This document shows, piece by piece, positions 40,420 through 54,669 of a stretch of 64,000 nucleotides of DNA. How positions within the stretch are numbered: the stretch's first letter is position 1; the number at the start of each line of letters is the position of its first letter. The position numbers were made by a program, and so were the translations under genes. Under the pieces are notes generated by a model that searched no databases, had not been told where the DNA came from, and was given only the letters and a program-made list of their open reading frames with translations. Origin of the DNA: Octopus vulgaris (taxonomy: Eukaryota); NCBI GenBank assembly GCA_951406725.2, contig OX597819.1, positions 106,950,001 to 107,014,000 on the forward strand, read 5' to 3'.

Positions 40420-42229
40420 TGCATATATCGTATTTATATATATAAATATATTTGTGTGTCTTGTGGGTACATATAAGTAAATTCACTATCGGAACGCACA
40501 TTTACTACCAATAACCTCCAAGCGAACATCATGTTCACCTTTGAACAGCTCTCTTAATCAGTTTCTCACTTTTTATCGAAGCCTATGCTTCAACTGTTCT
40601 GCATTATGAAAACAAAACCCCACAAAATCACAGATATCTTCTATGACTCGCAGCTAGTAGCCCTATGGTCTCTTAATATTCATAATAATGCTTCCCATTT
40701 GGGGACTTCAATGCTTGTGTTGGAAATACAAATTATAGCCAAATATTATTAGAAATCATGGCGAAATTGATGCAATGCAAATGGACTGTTATTCGGGAAT
40801 TGCCTGGCGTTTGCTCTCCTCATTATAAGTAACGCCATTTTCCGCTGAATTACTAAACGCAAACTTCATGGATGTATCTCCGTTCAAAGCACTCGCAACT
40901 AATTGATTTTTCTGTCACATGGGGTTAAGATATATCAGATGTAATGCTCCCTTGATCAATATGAACAGCGAATGGTTGTTCATCTGTTTACAGAATGTTA
41001 CTGACAAGGAAATTTTAAAATAAAACAAAACGAACACTGAATTTTCAATATCGAATGAAGGAAAAATATTAAATCAAACGATTGGAGGTTCTAACTTTAG
41101 CAAACATAAACGTCGTATTGTAGGAGTTCTATCGAAGAAATATGTTAACCTTTTTTAAATCAACCGTATTTTATGTTACGAAAGGAATTTTTTGCTATGT
41201 TAATTGACAGCAAGCTGACTGGTTTCAGGAAAATGTCACACTATAAAAACCTCCATAGCAAAAAAGGGAAAAGCTAAAGGGAGCTGTCATCCAAAATATC
41301 TAATCGACGACCAGCAGTATCACTGCCAACCCCTTTGCTTATAAAACTTAATATATATTCTACTAAAAAGTGTTGAGTAATCCGTTAGTTTAATGTTCAA
41401 TTCTATTTAACTTGAAAACAAGCATGTAACCCCCCGCATAGCCCCACACAACCCACACAAGCATGCTGCATGGGATTGTTGATACTCATCTACATTTTAG
41501 ATCCAAAATGGAGTGAGTACAAACACTTTCATGTAGTACGTTTCAACAACTGAATATGTTTATTACAGTATTATTCCAATTAAATTCACATTATATTTCA
41601 ATTCGATACGTATTTCTGCCGCCTAATTGTCATAATGTCCTGGTTCGGTTGCAGTACATATTCAATCAGGATAGACATTCTATAAATCTTTGTTCAAGGT
41701 TTTACCCATGCGGATGGCTGAAACAAACTGAGATAGTCCTTCTGAAAATATATTTTGATGAGAAGATCATAAAATCTTAGGATACGTGATAGTAGAACTT
41801 GCTTTGAAATGCGATATGGCTATAATTAAGATATCATTTAAACTTAGAATGACCTCTTAAGAGTTTAAGGGAATATATTATTTTAAATAAGTATTAGTAG
41901 AAAAAAACTTAATTAGTCCCGGATGTATTCACCTCACTGACCACTCATAATGATTGACATGATACCCTATAAGATAAATAGATAGATTAAAAGGAATCAA
42001 ATGAAAGAGGAAATAAGGAAGTAATGAAAAAAGAAATTGGTATGAGTTTTATTGTGAGTTTGTTCAAATATAAGTAGAGTAAATCCGCTGTTATTTAACT
42101 ATGTCAACTAAAGTGCTATTCTATCTATATGATGTTCTATTTAAAATCCTTATTTGGAAAATACATACATTTCCAAATGAATGTGCGAAGTTTAGAGCTA
42201 ATTCCGTTCTGTGGTTTAATAACCCAAAA

Positions 42230-43130
42230 TTGGAGGCAAGAATATGAAAAATTACTTTTAGACATAGACTACGCTTCGAGGTCCCAGTAGTAAGTGGTAA
42301 AGCTCTACTTAATGATTGCCCATTTAATATCACATTTAGTGTCCTTATCCTTTAAACACGAGATGAACCCACTCAAACTTTCTGATCGAAGAAAGGTGGT
42401 TACACAATCTCTGTTTAAAATTAGTAGCAGATTAACCTATGTAATAATTAGAAATGCCAGTCAGCCAATACGGCATGTCTATAAACCATGATCTTTCTGA
42501 GGCATTGCCTTTCAAGCGGACAGAATTTTATTTTCTCCTGAAGTTATTGTAATGCTTATAAATATTAATCTGTGCTTGCTACTTCCGGAGTATTATATAC
42601 TCCATGTATATTATTACACATAGCTCTATGGGTATCATTAGTTTTTCTATAGATTAAATCGGGTGTGTTTTTTTATTCGTTACTCGGTCCAATTAATTCA
42701 AATGATTGCGTTTTGTGCTCAGTAATTTCTCTTACACTATCGTCCGTCGTGTGTTTATTGTTTTCACTCTTCTTGTGAGCAAAACAAGTGTTTATTATCT
42801 CGCTAGGGTCATTCATATTAAGCGCCACCATAGGCGCAAAGATATTATTACCACCAATCATATGTATACTATTTTTATTCTTTGTGTTTACTAGGTTCCT
42901 ATTTGTGAATACTCACATTCTCAATAACTTGTGTTAGGCTCCGACTTGCCGAAAAGGTAAACCTAATCGTGCGCCGATTGAATATCTAATTGTAGTTATT
43001 AGATCGTGGAAAGTGAATAACTAATGCAGTGACAAATTTTGCAAGTATGTTTGAGGCTATATGTTTTCTGAAGACTGCATTATATCAGAATATATATTTA
43101 GATCTAGCTTTTCTTTTCGGCAAAGTGTTC
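42230..43130 (-). mobile_element. Decayed Penelope-like element (linker plus GIY-YIG endonuclease)
   Basis: Minus translation YIF*YNAVF...HFPRSNNYN*IFNRRTIR, then CPLERQCLRKIMVY...YYIG*SATNFKQRLCNH...IKWAII...SLCLK. Confidence 0.85.
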
Positions 43131-44204
43131 ATTGTTTTTGTTACCAGCCTTGTTTTTATGTTTAATATATGTCTTGTCAAAAGTTCTATTACTACGTTCA
43201 TTATAACTTTACTTAAAATTATAAAGTTATACATTATCCTTATTATTGTGATGGCTGATTGAATATTGTGATGAACGGTATTCTGACTGGAAATTTCATT
43301 ATCCCTGTCCAGGTGTCTTGTTTAAAGTTCATTACTTATATCTATTTGATTTATACTATATGTTATTGACATTTTCTTTGATTTCATTTATAGGAATATA
43401 TCGTATTTTATCTTTCTATTCAGGTTCACCTTGGGCATTATTATAGTACTTCTCATTATTACTGAATATCTCCTTGTTATTAGTTACACTAGATGTACGA
43501 AGAGAAATACTTTTAACGATAGTACCAGTAATATATAGGATTATATAGGGATGATGCTCTCTTTACTATATAGAAATATATTAATGTAAATAGACAAAGA
43601 TCTCGGGGAAGTAATAATATCTAAAATAATAAGTAAAACAATGAAAGAAACTGATAAATTCAAAATAAAATTTTACGATTTTTGTTTGAATCAAGAACCA
43701 ACATTAAACTTGAGAAGAGTTAACAACTACAATTTCTCGACACACGTAAAATAAAATATATATACAGATTATAACTTTTTGCCAGTATATTGTCTTATTA
43801 TCACATGTATCATCAATACGGAGATGTTATTATTATTATATTGCATATATAATGAGAATGCAATAAGTTCAAAGATTGTAAGACAAGGATTATCTTCTCA
43901 GAACCATTTGAACAACAAAAAAAATTATACACTAAAGCATATCATAATTTAATGGCATTGAAAATGGATGCAACTTAAGACATATCGTGATATACAACAT
44001 TTTCAATCTACCCAAAAACTTGTTCATAGCTAGCAATAGATACTAATGCGTTCGCCACAAATTATTCATCACACCTGCTATTTCAGAAGAAAATATATAA
44101 ATATACCCATATCATCATGTTATTAAAAAATAATCATCATATTTTTAATACCTAAAATCTCATGATTATATATCATAAACATGTATGTAAGTAAATATTT
44201 CGAA

Positions 44205-44235
<31 letters not shown>

Positions 44236-45045
44236 AGTGTGTTGTGTACGTGTGTATGTGTGTGTGTAAGTGCATGCATAGTGTATATATAAATATGTGT
44301 GTGTTTATACACACACACACATATATATATATATATTCATATGTATACACATATACACACACATATACAAACACACAAAACACACACGCACACAAAAAGG
44401 AGAGAGAGAGAATGAAATAAATAGATGGACAAAGAGACAGACAGACAAACATACTGCGGAAGAATGGATAGATTTATTTCAAAGTTGTGATATATGCGCC
44501 ATTTTCCTAATACTTGTACATATGAATTAATAATACAAAATACTATAATAAATAAATATTTACAACATGATATAAAGTAACTACTTATACAGTATGAACT
44601 TTATTGATGCACCTAACTAAATGCGGTTATGACGTCAGAGAGAATGCTATTAGGTATAATCCGTCTCACCTCGGCGATCTAATTTGAAATCTGATCGACT
44701 TCACACTTATTTTTCATCTTTTGAGAATCAATACCAAAGTACCAGAGGGGCTTGGTTAGTAGAAGTGCAAAAATATTACTAAGTTTTCCGATAGCTGGCC
44801 ATCTTTGTTCATGTCCCACGCTAATCTACGGGGGTGTTTATTGTCAATAAAACAGGAAACTCTCTAATAATATACAGAACTTTAATTATATATTCGCCTA
44901 AACATCTACTGCCTCGTCTATCTTTGTATCACATATATTGCCTAGAATACGCGAAAAAGTATGTCTAAGTATGTTCAAGTCTACTCAATTGTACTTAATT
45001 ACTTATGTTTTTAAACAATACCACTACGAATATATATATATATAT

Positions 45046-45496
45046 TAGAAAAAAACCCACCTTTTATCAATTCAATAATGAAAAATTAAATTATGCAATT
45101 TTTCTAAATTGCATATTATAGAAAGATTAAATATATAATAACTGTAAGTTTGGAATAATATTCCTTCATATTATTACTATTATACTATATTTATAACTAA
45201 CGTTTCTGAGATTTTACCCTCATTTTCGTCGGTTATGGAACTTACAGGTAAAATAGAACCACCTTTTGGGAATTCATCTTTGAAGGATATACCCATACCC
45301 TCTAGAAAGGAATATATTTTAAAACTTATTAATAATATTAAAGATTTTATTATACGTTTTATTTATTATTTTGCACAATAATTCATCATTGTTATATGTT
45401 TTGTCTTATATTTAATCTTTCTATAATATGTAATCTTTCTAAATGGTGTAATTTAATTTTTCATTTTTTGAATTGTTAAAATTTGATTTTTTTCTG
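45046..45496. mobile_element. ~450-bp element with ~90-bp inverted termini and an internal hammerhead-like motif
   Basis: 45047-45135 is reverse-complementary (roughly 80%) to 45407-45496, including CATATTATAGAAAGATTAAATATA; motif at 45192-45236 minus. Confidence 0.8.
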
Positions 45497-45517
45497 TACA
45501 CAAATTTCACAAAATAT

Positions 45518-45603
<86 letters not shown>

Positions 45604-46167
45604 ATTTTGTGAAATTTGATCTTTGTGTGCGTGTTTGTGTACACACATATTTACATCTGTCTACGTATCAATGTTTGTTTGTATATTTGTAGGATTTGAA
45701 GAATAGCATCGAATCTTACAAATGATCTTCAAAATATAGAATAATACAAGAAACAGTCATACACTATTATACAGTCACACAGAATTACAAGGACAAAACG
45801 AACCAATATTTAATTGTAAGCTGAGTAAAAGTACAAACGAAAATATGTTTTATTACGATTTCTAATATTTATCCCTAGACATACCAACCTCTTTCATCAT
45901 GTTTCTAAGATTTTACCTATGTTATAGAGGATCAGACAGTGAAGAAGGTTCTGAAAATTTACGAATTCCCAAAAGCAAATGAGACATTAATTGATTGAAA
46001 ATATACACATATACCCTAAATATCTGTAATTCCAGTGTCACAAAATTGTGGCAATTTAATCTATTTCACATGTTGCATTTGGCTGCTAAATTCTGTCGTA
46101 CGAACCGGAATATCATTCCATAAACAATGGCTGTACATCAACAGCGAATCAGTTCCGAGAAAAATTC

Positions 46168-47012
46168 AAGTAACTGATGGGTTTCAAGTTTTAATAAATT
46201 CTTTAAATCTACAAATAAATGCATGATACAATATAAACGACATAATGGAGTTTAATATGCACAAGTCAAATTTTGCAACATTACTACATCACATATGAAA
46301 AATGGCATCGCTTAAATGGCAGCGATTTTCTGTTTCGCACGTCCATGCTCTTTCCAAAACAGGCACCATAACACACTCAAGAGATTCAGACGCACCTTCT
46401 CTGATTTCTCTATTGATGTTCTCCTTCAGTTTCACTAGCATCTCCGATTTGTTGATGTAAACCCTCACTTTCAGGTTTCCCAGCAAGATAAAATCCGTGC
46501 TAGTCAAGTCTGGGGAACATGAAGGCAAGCTGACATTGACTTAGCGGGAGATTATTCTCTCTCCAAATGCATTACCATAGCAACTTTGTTTCTCCTGCGG
46601 TATGAACAGTTACCCCCATCTTGCTGGAACCATGTCTGAGGTCTACTGTGAATAGCCAGGCAAAAATGGTCTCAGTCATTGATACCTGAAAGAGAGGTTT
46701 TACGGCAACGCTGGAGACCCTGGTGCAACAGAAGGAGAATATCAATACAGAAATCAGAGAAGTGGCGTCTGAAACTATTGAGGGTGTTATGGCGCAAACT
46801 TTGGAAAGCGCACAGATGTGCAAAACCGACAATGGCTGCCATTTAATCAATGTCATTTAAGTGATGTAGAGGTGATGCAAAATTTGACTTGTGCATATTA
46901 ATTTATTTCCATTATGTCCTTTATATTGTATCAACATTTCATGCATTTATTTGTAAGGTTAAGGACGTTATTAAAACTTAAAGCCCATGAGGTACTTTTG
47001 GGACATCCTTTA
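46168..47012. mobile_element. Tc1/mariner-derived foldback with two transposase 3' ends
   Basis: Minus: WFQQDG...H, SPDLTSTDF...LKVRVY...LKENINREI...CHL. Plus 46685-46860: QKENINTEIREVASETIEGVM...NGCHL. Right end TTTTGGGACATCCTTTA is TIR-like. Confidence 0.88.
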
Positions 47013-47225
47013 GTAATATGTACGTTTATAAACTCAAATTTACAGTATTTTAAATTCATAAATGCTTAGATTCAGCTGCCGAGCAACAAGGATTCATCAA
47101 ATAAAATGAGTTTAAGAAATTAAAGCTGTGCTAAAAATCTTGTTTATCAAACGTTGTAAATAGCGTTCCTTGTTACGAAGAATATTATAGAAGCAAGTAC
47201 CTACACACACACACACACGTACCTA

Positions 47226-47261
<36 letters not shown>

Positions 47262-47312
47262 TTATGAAAAAACATACAGGTATTTATCATAAAAGTAGAA
47301 AGGCATAAAATT

Positions 47313-47358
47313 CACACATAGCTCTGATGAAACCGTAAGGTGATACTCAACTATGTGT
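47313..47358 (+). ncRNA. Degenerate minimal hammerhead-like motif
   Basis: CACATAGct-CTGATGA-a-ACC GTAA GGT-GATAC-TC-aaCTATGTG: canonical core, GNRA-capped stem II, 7-bp stem I; GAAA mutated to GATA and stem III eroded. Confidence 0.5.
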
Positions 47359-47841
47359 CCACTACAGGGGAATTGTAGATAGCAAGAGACCTCTGGTTGG
47401 CAGTAAAATAGAAACTAAGAATATTCTAAGTATAACAATCTGTTCCGGTCTATGAAGCGGGTTCATTTATCCAAGATGATGCTTACAATTTCTGCTACAT
47501 GAATGGCGCAAGAAAATAAAACACAACAAAAACAAAAAAAAAAGCACATTCGACTGCAAGGTGGAGATGTTGCCAAATTTATTCGTTTACATTAGAATTT
47601 CAAGCAAATCAACAGATGATCCTATGGCTGTATCACTGTAGTAAGAGTTTCTTTATGATAGTATGCAGTCTTTGGTGATTCAATGTATGGGTGTATTCTT
47701 CCAAAGTAAACACAAGGAGCAAATAGGAATATATGAAGAATCCATAACAAATGAGATTTAACACGTACATAGCCGTGTCATTAATACGTGATTGAAAGGA
47801 AAGCTTGCTAACTGCATACAAGCACAAGCATACAAACATGC

Positions 47842-47872
<31 letters not shown>

Positions 47873-47916
47873 TATATATATATACACACACACACACATA
47901 TATATATATATATGCC

Positions 47917-47952
<36 letters not shown>

Positions 47953-47982
47953 TATACATATATATCATATATGTACACACAC

Positions 47983-48031
<49 letters not shown>

Positions 48032-49327
48032 TGTATGTATGTATGTATGTATGTATACACATCTATGATATGTGTGTATGCGCGCATGTGTGTGTTTGTT
48101 GGTTGTGTGGGGTTAGATGAGAATTTTCCATGAAGGGGTGTCACTGAGTAAAATATTCAAATTCAAAGTTACTATAGAATGAAGTATTTGAATTCACAGT
48201 TACTATAGAAATGGAAAGAAACTATACTTCTATGGGCTAGGAGAGAGTAGATGCGAAATAGGAAGAGGAAAGGGATTCAAAGGAGGGAAAGAGAGTACGA
48301 GACACACAAAGAGATGGAGTGAAAAAGAGAAGATTTTAGGGCAGTTTTAGAAATGAATAAAAGGAGAGATATGTGCAAAAACATACAGTGTTACATATAT
48401 GGGGCGTAAATATGTATGTGAATAAAAGGAATGAATATAGATAGATAGATCGATGACTAGATAGATAGGTAGTTAGTTAGATAGATAGATACAAAGATAG
48501 ATAGATAGAATAGCATGGTATATACATGGATAATTAAATAGATAAGTTATAGATAAAGTGGCGAAGAGACAGGAAGACCAGCAAATAGATGCTTAGATAA
48601 CTTATATGCGTAAACACACACATATACTAACATACATGCATACATACATTCGTACATAGATTCAAACATAAATACATTCATACATACATACATACATACA
48701 TACGCACACACACACACATACATACATACATACATACATACATACATACGTAAAGTAATTGCTCAGTTTACGTAAGTTGAAAAAAAGAAAAGACACATAA
48801 ATAAATATACCAAAATATGCTGTCTGATGCTTTACGATCGAAATCGATGGAAATGACACGTGAAGGACAAGCGGCACCTCGGTTTATTGTGGTTGAATTT
48901 GAAATCCTCAATCGTTAAGCAATCTTTGATGAATCGTGTAATATCACACGATTGGCAGAATCAAGAGACAACATACTTCTACGGTTGAGACATCGTCGAT
49001 TTATTATGAACAAGTACACCTATGTAAACTGTAATTCTCCCTATGGCCTTACTACACGAAATGACACTACTGAGGGAAAAGTGTAGTACTGCAAGCTTTG
49101 TTAAAAGGGAAAAATCAATTCGTCACCGTTGATTCTTTGACGGCAACCGTGTTTCCTTGTACAGTATCATTTTTAATCGTTTATTGTTGGTCACGCGGTG
49201 TCTCATAATTAGTTATGTCCTCATACTTTTCACTACGCACGTAAACTGAACAATATATATATATATACAGACAAACATACACACGCACACACACACATAT
49301 ATATATATATATAGGTATTTATATATA

Positions 49328-49482
49328 GGAGTGGCTGTGTGGTAAGTAGCTTGCTTACCAACCACAGCGTTCCGGGTTCAGTCTCATTAGTGACAACTTG
49401 GGCAAGTGTCTTTAATTATAGCCTCGAGCTGACCAAGGCCTTGTGAGTGGCTTTGGTAGACGGAAACTGAAAGAAGCCAGTC

Positions 49483-49557
<75 letters not shown>

Positions 49558-49760
49558 TGGTGTGTGTGTTCAGCATCGCTTGATAATCGATGTTGATATG
49601 TTTACATCCCTGTAACTTAGCGGTTTGGCAAAAGAAAGTGCTAGAATAAGTACTAGGCTTACAAAGAATAAATCCTGGCATCGATTTTTTCGACTAATGC
49701 CGGAGCTCCAGCATGATCGCACTCAAATGGCTGAAATGAATAAAATATTAAATAATAAAA
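49328..49760 (+). mobile_element. SINE family 1, older diverged copy
   Basis: Same modules as 39301-39754 with more substitutions. Confidence 0.9.
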
Positions 49761-49775
49761 GATACATACACACAT

Positions 49776-49806
<31 letters not shown>

Positions 49807-49843
49807 TATATATATCCATATACATATGGATATATATATATAT

Positions 49844-49878
<35 letters not shown>

Positions 49879-50199
49879 ATGAATGAGAGAGTTGGGTTTA
49901 AATGGAAGAAGGAATGAATTCTGTCATGACAATGAAAGAAATTGGTAAATTAATTAAATCGACACAAAACTAAATGAAAACAAATATGTCATCCTGCGTC
50001 TGTGCATTATACTGATTCTCTTTAAAACAATTAAGGTGCCTGGCTGTGTAGCTAGGTACGTACCGAAAGATTCAGGAAAGCACCCGTATATATGTGTGTT
50101 TGTATACATGTATATAATATGTATGTTTGTATGTATATATATATATATATATATATATTCATATTTATATATACATATAGATTATATGTGTATATATTT

Positions 50200-50335
<136 letters not shown>

Positions 50336-51360
50336 TCACGTATATACACACGCACACACATACATACATGCATACTTTCATGCATGCATACATACAGACA
50401 GACACACACACATACATATATTTATGTGTTTGTGCGTATATATAAACAGATGCACATTTACATTTGTCTCCAATTTCTTGATATTTTTGTGCATCGCGAA
50501 GACAGGATGTCAAAAAAGCACTCTGGTTTGTAATTCTCACTGCAGGTTAAGTAACGTGTATTTCTAAGCTTTCTCGTTGTTATTGTTGGTTTAGGTTAGC
50601 ATCAGGTAAACAATGAAGTGGCCTATGGCTGAAAGCATTCCAGCTATGAAAATTACACGTCTGAAATGAGGATAAATTGTATCGGAATGTAGATTATCAA
50701 ACTTGTCTTTTGTTTCCTACAGTAGAGAGGGATTTGGCTGCTAAGTTGTCTTGAGGAAGTAGTGACGTAGATGTTACATTTTTGACACTGGCTAATGGCA
50801 ACCAAATAAATACAAATAAATTGAATCATGTGAGAATAACATGCATGGAAGGAGGAAAACAGGTGGAATTATTATGTTAATCAGATATATATTTAGAATT
50901 CATTTCGAAAGTTCTTCGCGAGAAAGCCTATTAAACCAATACTTTCTCGTATCTTATTGTAAATTCAATTGAACGTTCCTCTCAAATAGAGGTTTCGAAA
51001 AAGTTGTTTCCTTAGTATTATGAGTTTGCGCATGATTTCTGTTAGTCTACTATGCTTCGGAATGACTGCCAAAGACGTATTTGGAGAGTCGGTAGGCGCA
51101 AGCGCGTGTGTGCGTGAGAAAGAGGGACAGAGACAGAGAGAAAGACAGAAGACAGAGAAAGAGACAGAGAGATAGAGAGAGCGTACACTTTGTGTCAAAG
51201 TAATGATAATATATGATTCTGCAGCTTGTTATCATGGGATGCGTCGTATATTATGTAGATTTATCTGTTCGTTGTTTAACTAATATTTTATTTGTATTCA
51301 ATTTGTAAACTATTTACCTGCTCTATTGCTAATTATAATACGTTGTGTGTGTACGAATGT

Positions 51361-51412
<52 letters not shown>

Positions 51413-51446
51413 ATATATTTATATATATATATATATTTACATATAT

Positions 51447-51481
<35 letters not shown>

Positions 51482-51486
51482 GTCAA

Positions 51487-51716
51487 GGCGGCGAGATGGC
51501 AGAAACGTTAGCACGCCGGGCGAAATGCGTTACCGTATTTCGTCTGCCGTTACGTTCCGAGTTCAAATTCCGCCGAGGTCGACTTTGCCTTTCATCCTTC
51601 CGGGGTCGATAAATTAAGTACCATTTACGCACTGGGGTCGATGTAATCGACTTAATCCCTCTGTCTGTCCTTGTTTGTCTCCTCTGTGTTTAGCCCCTAG
51701 TGGGTAGTAAAGAAAT
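51487..51716 (+). mobile_element. tRNA-derived SINE family 2 (Meta-domain-like), full length, within (TA)n
   Basis: GGCGGCGAGATGGCAGAAACGTTAG head, B box GAGTTCAAATTCC, central GCCTTTCATCCTTCCGGGGTCGATAAATTAAGTACC; the domain name is from recall. Confidence 0.9.
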
Positions 51717-51760
51717 ATATATATATATATAGTCAAAATAAGCAACAAGGATATCCAAGG

Positions 51761-51852
51761 TATGTAGTACAATCGTTTCATTCTACTTCATTTTATAAAA
51801 CAATGTACATATTACATCGGTTTTAAAATGTAGAGCAATCTTCAGTCACGTA
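51761..51852 (-). ncRNA. Hammerhead-like motif with long stem II
   Basis: Minus: CTGAAGA-[~59-nt hairpin TCTACATTTTAAAAC...GTTTTATAAAATGAAGTAGA]-GAAAC-GATT-GTA/; stem I imperfect. Confidence 0.55.
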
Positions 51853-52715
51853 TAGAATTTTTTTAATTAAATGGACAATGTACATTTTTATACTTATTTC
51901 ATTTGCCAACTTTATAAAGAGGGTAGATATATAGATAGAGAGTTTAATTTCATCATTAAGAACATGGTAGTAGAAGGTCCTTCTCCATCTGTAGATTTTT
52001 CATCACGGAGTTCATTTTGTTATTTAGATTTATCAAGGAGGAGGGTTTTTTTGATTCAATGGAGACAAACAAGAATTGCTTCTATTTATAGATAGAGATA
52101 GGGGTAATACAAATTTCAAAGCCATAAATCCATCCCCATTATGAGGAATTTACCTTAGGCATATTTGAATGTATTTTAGCTAAAGTTAGCAGGCTGAAGC
52201 TAGTGGGTAGGGAGAATAGAGACTACTAATGCTCTAGAGATTTCTAATGTCCTTTACCATTTAACAGCCATAATTCTGCTTGTGCATTTTAAATAAATAT
52301 CCTTTTTTCAAAGGATTCCAATAAATTTTAGTATCTTATATAGGGATAGAAAATATAGAAATCATTTCATATTTATATAAATATATATATATATATATCA
52401 ATCTTTATTAATATAGATTCATAGTTAGTTAGTAAATAGTGATTTATTTTATGAATGAGTTAAATTAAAAGAATATGCTAGACATAATATTTATTAACTG
52501 TACAAAAAATCCTTATCAATTAGCACATATATCAAGAGAATATAAGATATATTAAAATGTAATGCAGGGGGGTAATCAAGATGAACTAAATAATTTCACT
52601 AGATACATAGAATTTATACAATCCTATAAAGGAAAGTATCAAAAGATTCTAAATGCACTCTATTCAAATTTATTTATATTACAACATTTCTTAATCTAAA
52701 ATTTCTTAATAATCT

Positions 52716-54010
52716 ATGTTGCCGCACTTGCCCTTACCTCTCCAACACCACCCTCCTCATCGGCACCCATCATCGACCCCTTCACCTGCACCTCCAGCAA
52801 TATCATCTATTGCATCTCCTGCTCTCTCTGCTATTTCCTGTACATTGGACAAATGGGACGCCACTTGACTCACCGGTTCGCGGAACAACTCCGAGACATC
52901 CGCTTCACCAATGACACTCCAGTCTCACGCCATTTCGGCTCCACCGGTCACTCCTTGCAACACCTGTCTGTGTTCGGATTGTCCTTGCACAGAGGCCACC
53001 CGGATTCCCGCTTGCGCCGTGAACAGGGATTAATCTTCTCTCTTAGCTCTTTTACGCCATTTGGGCTCAACTCTCCCCCTTTTTCATCTAACCTCCCCCT
53101 CCTGACTTCTCTTCAATCCTTCATCTTTTCACCCCTACTCTCTTTCCCTCCCCTTCCCTTCTTCCCTCTTCTTCTCTCTTCTTCCCTCTTCCCCTTCTCT
53201 CTTTCTCTCTGCTCCTCACTCCCCTTCTCTCCCCATCCCCCCTCCTCCTCTCCCTACCGCTCCCCTCTTCTCCGCCTCTCCCCTCCTCCATCTCCTCCTC
53301 TCCCTCCCCTCCTTCTCATCTCTCTCCTTCTCCTACTCTCCGTCCTCCTCCTCCTCTCCCTACCACTCCCCTCCTCTCCGCCTCTCCCCATCCCCTCCTC
53401 ATTCTCTTCCTCTCCCTCCCCTCCTTCTCCTCTCTTTCCTTCTCCTCCCCCTCATCTCCTCTCTCCCCTCTCCCATATCCCCCTTTCACTCTCCACACAA
53501 CCCCCACTCTCCCCCAACCCCCAGCCGAACCCCCCACATGGGCTTTCCACACTCTCCCCCACCTCCCCACAACATCACACCAACCTACACTACACCATAC
53601 AACATTACACATCACATCACAACACACCACCCATACACACGTCCAGACCACCAGCCCTCTTTCACACGCACATACATACTCTCTTATACACACACGCACC
53701 TATGTGTTGGGGCCACCTTCGGTTTGGAAGTCACTTGACCTTGTTATCTCCCCTACTGTCCCTCTAGCGTCTAACGCCTGACCTCTGCCTGAAGTCAGAA
53801 CGCCATGATAGATCGTTATCTCTTACACGCATTTTTTTCTCTCCTTGTTTCTCTCCTTGTTTTTTTTTCCTGTGTATCTTTCTGTCGAAGAGCGTAGGCT
53901 CGAAACGTAAAAGACTTGTTCTATTTCTATTCCTGAGCGCCATACTAATACATTTGTTTGTTTGTATTCCACCTGCCTTCGTCTTTTGTTTATTTTCGTA
54001 AACCTTCCCG

Positions 54011-54011
<1 letters not shown>
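52716..54011 (+). mobile_element. Penelope-like element 3' part: GIY-YIG endonuclease, pyrimidine-rich spacer, pseudo-LTR with hammerhead-like motif (53877-53914)
   Basis: CRTCPY...FTCTSSNIIYCISCSLCYFLYIGQMGRHLTHRFAEQLRDIR...PVSRHF...RLRREQGLIFSL...PFGLN; ends in (TA)n. Confidence 0.92.
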
Positions 54012-54052
<41 letters not shown>

Positions 54053-54669
54053 ATCGTATTTCGGTATCGTCATTTTTTATGGGGTGAGGTGACAAATAAA
54101 CTCTATATAATCGTTCTTCACTCTTTTATTACTAATTTAAACTCATGTTCGTTGTCCGGAAATCTTTCGTTACACATCTATGACCACTTCAGTAACACTT
54201 TATGTCCTCGTGTATGCTCCTACTCTGCTATGACCATTCTGTCCTTCTATGATGTGTATCTCCAAATGCGCATGCGTTTGTGTCTGTATTTGTGTGTGTG
54301 TGTGTCTGTGTGTGTGTGTGTGTGAGTGTGCGTGCTTGCGTGCGTGTGCGATACAGGTCTATGTGTTTCGCATATGCACATCGTATTGGTGTCATCGCTG
54401 TCGATGTTCTTCTTAGTAGTAGTATGACCTAGTAAATACATACCTAATGTAAATAGGAAAGACGCGATAACAGATAACCCAGATATAATACATAATATAA
54501 AAACTAACGCTACAAATAATAATAAAATAAATGAAGTACGGATAGGAAAATAAAGTTCGGTTCTAATTGCAAAAGTGTAAAAATAAATAGTAAAACAAAT
54601 CATAAACTCATGAAACCTGGTACTAAATATACTAATAAGCAGGGCAAACAAAAAATCTAATAAAGCAGA

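Noticed and set aside
40740-40960. Complex unique sequence as a possible host exon
   Set aside because: Frames examined hit stops, and no recognisable domain or convincing splice pair; small exons elsewhere cannot be excluded without RNA-seq.
51860-52370. Possible minus-strand Penelope endonuclease end upstream of the 51761 motif
   Set aside because: Only vague peptide echoes (e.g. TLAKYI); too decayed to call.
52853-53767. 304-aa Pro/Ser/Leu-rich ORF as a host gene
   Set aside because: The first ~75 aa are Penelope-like endonuclease; the rest is a C/T low-complexity tract.
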